DNA of 63,851 bases, the filler included, from Basidiobolus ranarum (lineage: Eukaryota), in NCBI GenBank assembly GCA_040143965.1. It is 17 parts of 17 records of this genome, joined end to end, with 100 filler letters (N's around TTAATTAATTAA, not from the genome) between each part and the next. Parts side by side here need not be neighbours in the genome. Positions count along the whole stretch, not along the records: positions 60,200 to 63,851 come from JASJQH010009229.1; 16 more parts are not named here. One strand, given 5' to 3'. Below the pieces are notes generated by a model. That model was given only the letters and a program-made list of their open reading frames with translations, was not told the DNA's origin and searched no databases. A program made the translations under genes and the position numbers. Below, in pieces: positions 62,000 to 63,851 of this stretch; position 1 is the stretch's first letter, and each line of letters starts with the position of its first letter.

Positions 62000-63851
62000 A
62001 TTTCAAACTGAATGAAGGAAATAAATGTGGTTGAGAAAGTGGAAAGAAATAAAACAATACGTATATATCTAGGTCACCAAAATACTAAAGCAATAATAGA
62101 AGAGTTGTACAAAAGTGAATTCTACTAGAAAGTTAAATTACCGTTGAACCTCACAAAGTTACTGTTACTTCTTGTCAAGGTACGTTGTTGTTCAACAGAC
62201 CAAAAGTTACAAAATATTGGAGTATATTTTGTTAAGCTTGCTAAGGTAGATAAATTTTTCTTAGGATAACAATTCTTAGAAATCGATAAAATTTTCTTTA
62301 CCTTGACTCTGACTCCACTCTATTTTGCCTTGCTTTACCCCACCAACATGGACTACCCAATCCAATGGAATTACAAGATCTGAATAAAACTTTATTATCG
62401 GCTTTTAGCGGTAAAAGATGCTGATAATGACAGTTGGCAAATTCTACTTCGATTGATTCTGAAATGTTGGATAATTTTTCAAATTTATGCAGACAGAAAA
62501 TATTTCTCATTAATGCTTAGTGACGAAAATTTGATGTGTGTTTAATTCTGTTGGTTGAGCGAGGATGGGTGGTTAAAAGTGATGCTGTAAACAAATTAAA
62601 AAACCTCGACAGAATATTTTCAGATTAAATACAATTGGGTCTTATTAAAGGAACGAACACCAAGTTTCGCATTCAAAGGACCCTAAGCATCATTTAACAT
62701 GAATTTCTATACTTTTGAGAGTAACTATAGAAGAGAAGGCGTGCTGACTTAGTTGATGTAATTTCAGCTGATGTTCTGATTAAATAGTTATATATATGTT
62801 ATAGAAATGACCTCATGGGTAGCTCTAAACTATCAAATGTTGGAGTGAAAAGTCATAAATTTAGGAAATGACTGGTATAAAGTAGGCTCATTTGACTCGA
62901 AGCGAATATATTATATTTCTTAAACTGATAAGTAATTGACCATCGCTTACTTTAGGTTTCTATCGTCTAGGTAGAACTTATAACATAGTTCTAAGTTATA
63001 TTGTTGTCGCCACTTATAATTGCGAGAAGAGTAGAGCAAGTTTTTTGCTCATCCAAGTCAATAGCAAATTCGATCCTAGTATAGAACCCTTTAACCAACA
63101 TGGTGGCAGAGGATATATGGATTCAGTGATTGATTCAACTTAGATTATTCTTCTCTCATATGAGCGACAGTGAGTATATAGGTAAGTTACGTGGATAATT
63201 ATCAATAATATCTCATATGGAGATTGATTACTTAGCATAGTTCTTCTAATATTCGTTAGAGTGCTAATTGCCACTCTTCGCCAAGAGCACACTCGAATAA
63301 AAATACACCCCTGAAAACCACGTGATATCCAACATTATTGTATTAGTTTTTTGGATAAGGATAGAGATGATCTAATGAACTAGTAATATAAACGGAGCGC
63401 ACTACTCAGCAGGAAAAACGTGGTTTCCAAGATCCCAAAGATCCCTATGTTATTGGAGTGACAAAAAGCTCGATAGTTCCGCTATACGCGAAGCCACGGT
63501 TTTGCGTTGAATGAACCAGTTAATAAATGGAAATAGAAACTACACTCGAAATAACTTGTCTAACCTAACAAATATCAGTGCAAAAAAGGAACGAGTGGGG
63601 TGAACCTGGTGAAACCATGATGACTTTCTACGAAGTCGATGTTAGAACGGATCTGTAAGAATTAAGCCACTCATCAAAGGATGTGCATGTCGACAACAGT
63701 TGACCTTCCTCAATTATGCCCAAGAATAAGAGGTCCCAGACAGAAGTCACTGAGTACTAGACTATAGGCACTAGACAAGTCATCATAGTAACAACTAGAC
63801 TTCTATCGGGTTGCCAGACAAACATAGGAAGCATCGTACACTCCAGAGAAA

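Noticed and set aside
62298-63851. ORF 62298-62510 and coding-like patches near the window end
   Set aside because: No recognisable homology and frequent stops; cannot support a gene call.

Overview
This window is not one locus. It holds 17 unrelated ~3.65-3.67 kb contigs, sorted by decreasing size and joined by artificial 100-nt linkers (N44-TTAATTAATTAA-N44). The DNA is AT-rich, intron-containing and fungal; an early-diverging lineage such as Basidiobolus is my inference. About half is decayed, CpG-depleted transposon sequence: Ty1/copia of several LTR families, Ty3/gypsy including a chromovirus, CACTA/CMC, PIF/Harbinger and LINE. Recognisable host genes: IDH2 and MRPL16 (complete); parts of DNA polymerase eta, fumarylacetoacetase, a GH47 mannosidase, an ACS-type MFS transporter and a triple-SH3 + transglutaminase-like protein; a DUF3472-like secreted protein; and two small Cys-rich secreted proteins. 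The most unusual region is contig 37666-41323. It carries four paralogous 58-74 aa microprotein genes (two absent from the ORF track), arranged <- <- -> ->. Each has two F-L/M-R-L-T-P-type motifs spaced 33, 37, 33 and 33 residues apart, and the central divergent promoter carries four copies of TTTCCTCTAG(A/G)GG. All family calls are from motif recognition by eye; no database search was run.
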